A DNA stretch of 64,000 nucleotides, taken from assembly GCA_958009085.1 (NCBI GenBank), contig OY253677.1:868001-932000 (forward strand), written 5' to 3'. Position 1 is the stretch's first letter, and each line of letters starts with the position of its first letter. A program made the position numbers and the translations under genes. Under the pieces are notes generated by a model. The model was given only the letters and a program-made list of their open reading frames with translations. It was not told the origin of the DNA and made no database searches. Of this stretch, positions 62,720 to 64,000 are shown in pieces. This DNA is from Protoeuglena noctilucae (Eukaryota).

Positions 62720-64000
62720 TCACTCGTCGGCATGGGGTGCTTCGGACTGCGTGACTCCCGCTGCCTCGAAGATCTGGTTGAGGACCGTGGCGAAGAACTG
62801 GTCGAACTCGTCGGCCGGCTTCTGTTTCTCGAACATCCTGGGAGCAGATGAGAGAGTGAGAAGAAGTGGGCACGTGGGGTGAGTAGGGATAAAGCCAGAG
62901 CCGTGGTTCCCAGAAAGGCAGATCCGGCCTCACCGGTATGCGATGGCGACGATAAATCGCTCGAACATGGGCTCGTCCACCGCCACGGGCGTCGGCATGA
63001 GGGTCATCTGCGTCACGTCGGGGTCGGACCCGCTGCTCCCGTCCGCCCCCGCGGCCGCGAAGAGGAAGCAGAGCACGACGTCGTTGGCGGGGACCATGGC
63101 CGGCACGATGCCCCACCGCTGGAGGTGCGTGAGGAGGTAGCGCACCTCCACGCGGGCCACGCCGTCCGAGGAGCGGACGCGCTTGAGCTGCGGGTGGGGG
63201 TCGATGCGGGGGAGGTGGGAGAGGGTAAAAGGGATGGTGGGTGAAGCATCTGCGTTACGGAAGCGACGGGTCTAGCGAAGGCATTGCCCCCGTCCCTTGC
63301 CTGCACGCTGGCGAGGGTCTGGGCCAGGAGCTCCCTTGCCCGCGCGACCCAGGCCTGGACCTTGGGGACCCACGCGGGCCGGAAGTGGTCGATGTCCTTG
63401 TTGACCTTGGGCACCACGTGCGGCATCAGGTGGTCCAGGACCAGGCGCCGCAGACGCAGGGGCAGGGGCTCCGTGGCATGCGGGTCGTCCTCCATGAACT
63501 GGGGGGGAGAACAGACGAGTGCATTGAGTTTCATTGGCCTTTATGACCATGACCTTCTCGTATACGCAACAGCTGTCGACCAGCACAGTCCGAGGAGCCT
63601 GACTGCCAATGCCGAGTGTGCAGGCTCTGCCCCCCTTCCCTCCCCCATCCCTCGCCTTCTCGCCCGCCATGACGACCAGGACGAGCATGAAGTCTCGCAG
63701 GTCGGCCTCCGTGACGGGCGCGCGCCCCTTGGCCTCCCTGGCCCGGGGGGAGCTGGACACCACGCGCTGGAAGACGGCGTCGGCGCGCTGGGAGTGGAAG
63801 GCCTCGGTAATGACCTTGGCGTCGCGGCAGAACATGTGGAAGTTGGAGGGGTTGAGGTAGTCGACATGGAGGGAGACGCTGCGGGCGAGAGGTGGGGCTG
63901 GCATGCGGGCTGCCTCTGCCCATCTCACCACACCCCTGCGACCCTGTCCCGCTCTGATCCCGTCACCTGTCGCTGCCCCCGGCCTCCCCGGCCACCGTGT
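62720..64000 (-). CDS. 3' part of a multi-exon gene of unknown function (runs off the window)
   Basis: Phase-consistent exons YLNPSNFHMFCRDAKVI...MAGEK|FMEDDPH...ASVQ|LKRVRSS...FERFIVAIAYR|MFEKQKPADEFDQFF...HADE*. Confidence 0.7.

Noticed and set aside
1..64000. Hundreds of long overlapping ORFs in the six-frame track (e.g. 46982-48553 +, 55926-57545 -, 38369-39724 +, 7722-9095 +)
   Set aside because: They are antisense or off-frame shadows of high-GC coding exons, with no independent motifs.
1..64000. Introner-type repeated introns and tRNA/snRNA genes
   Set aside because: I saw no intron sharing extended similarity with another intron, and no cloverleaf or snRNA signature by eye. A covariance-model scan was not possible.

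Overview
This is gene-dense, GC-rich eukaryotic nuclear DNA with many short introns, most likely from a flagellated green alga (IFT122 plus plastid-targeted HemE, HCF107/Mbb1, EF-P, Ycf33, bL9 and PsbP-domain genes). About 24 spliced genes can be assembled by eye, and exon boundaries are manual: IFT122, UROD, HCF107/Mbb1, a YnbB-type PLP enzyme, nucleolar FKBP, QCR9, EF-P, Ycf33, RimO, RPL9, mL40, an extended SDR, ELG1/ATAD5-like, a PsbP-domain protein, TLDc, a porin-like protein, MSH7, UPF1, HIG1, THOC3 and several unknowns. Most are arranged as divergent pairs. I saw no tRNA, rRNA, CRISPR array or intact transposon. Notable signals: (1) introns repeatedly carry decayed copies of the neighbouring exon edge together with its splice site, often differing at synonymous positions; (2) QCR9 has an in-frame TAA at a conserved aromatic position, and no modelled gene ends in TAA; (3) roughly one intron in seven uses a GC donor, and one appears to use GG; (4) long introns are G-rich at the 5' end and C-rich at the 3' end; (5) there is a candidate cyanobacterial-type porin and a His-rich FKBP. 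Apparent frameshifts in G/C runs indicate possible assembly error, so single-base claims need read or RNA confirmation.
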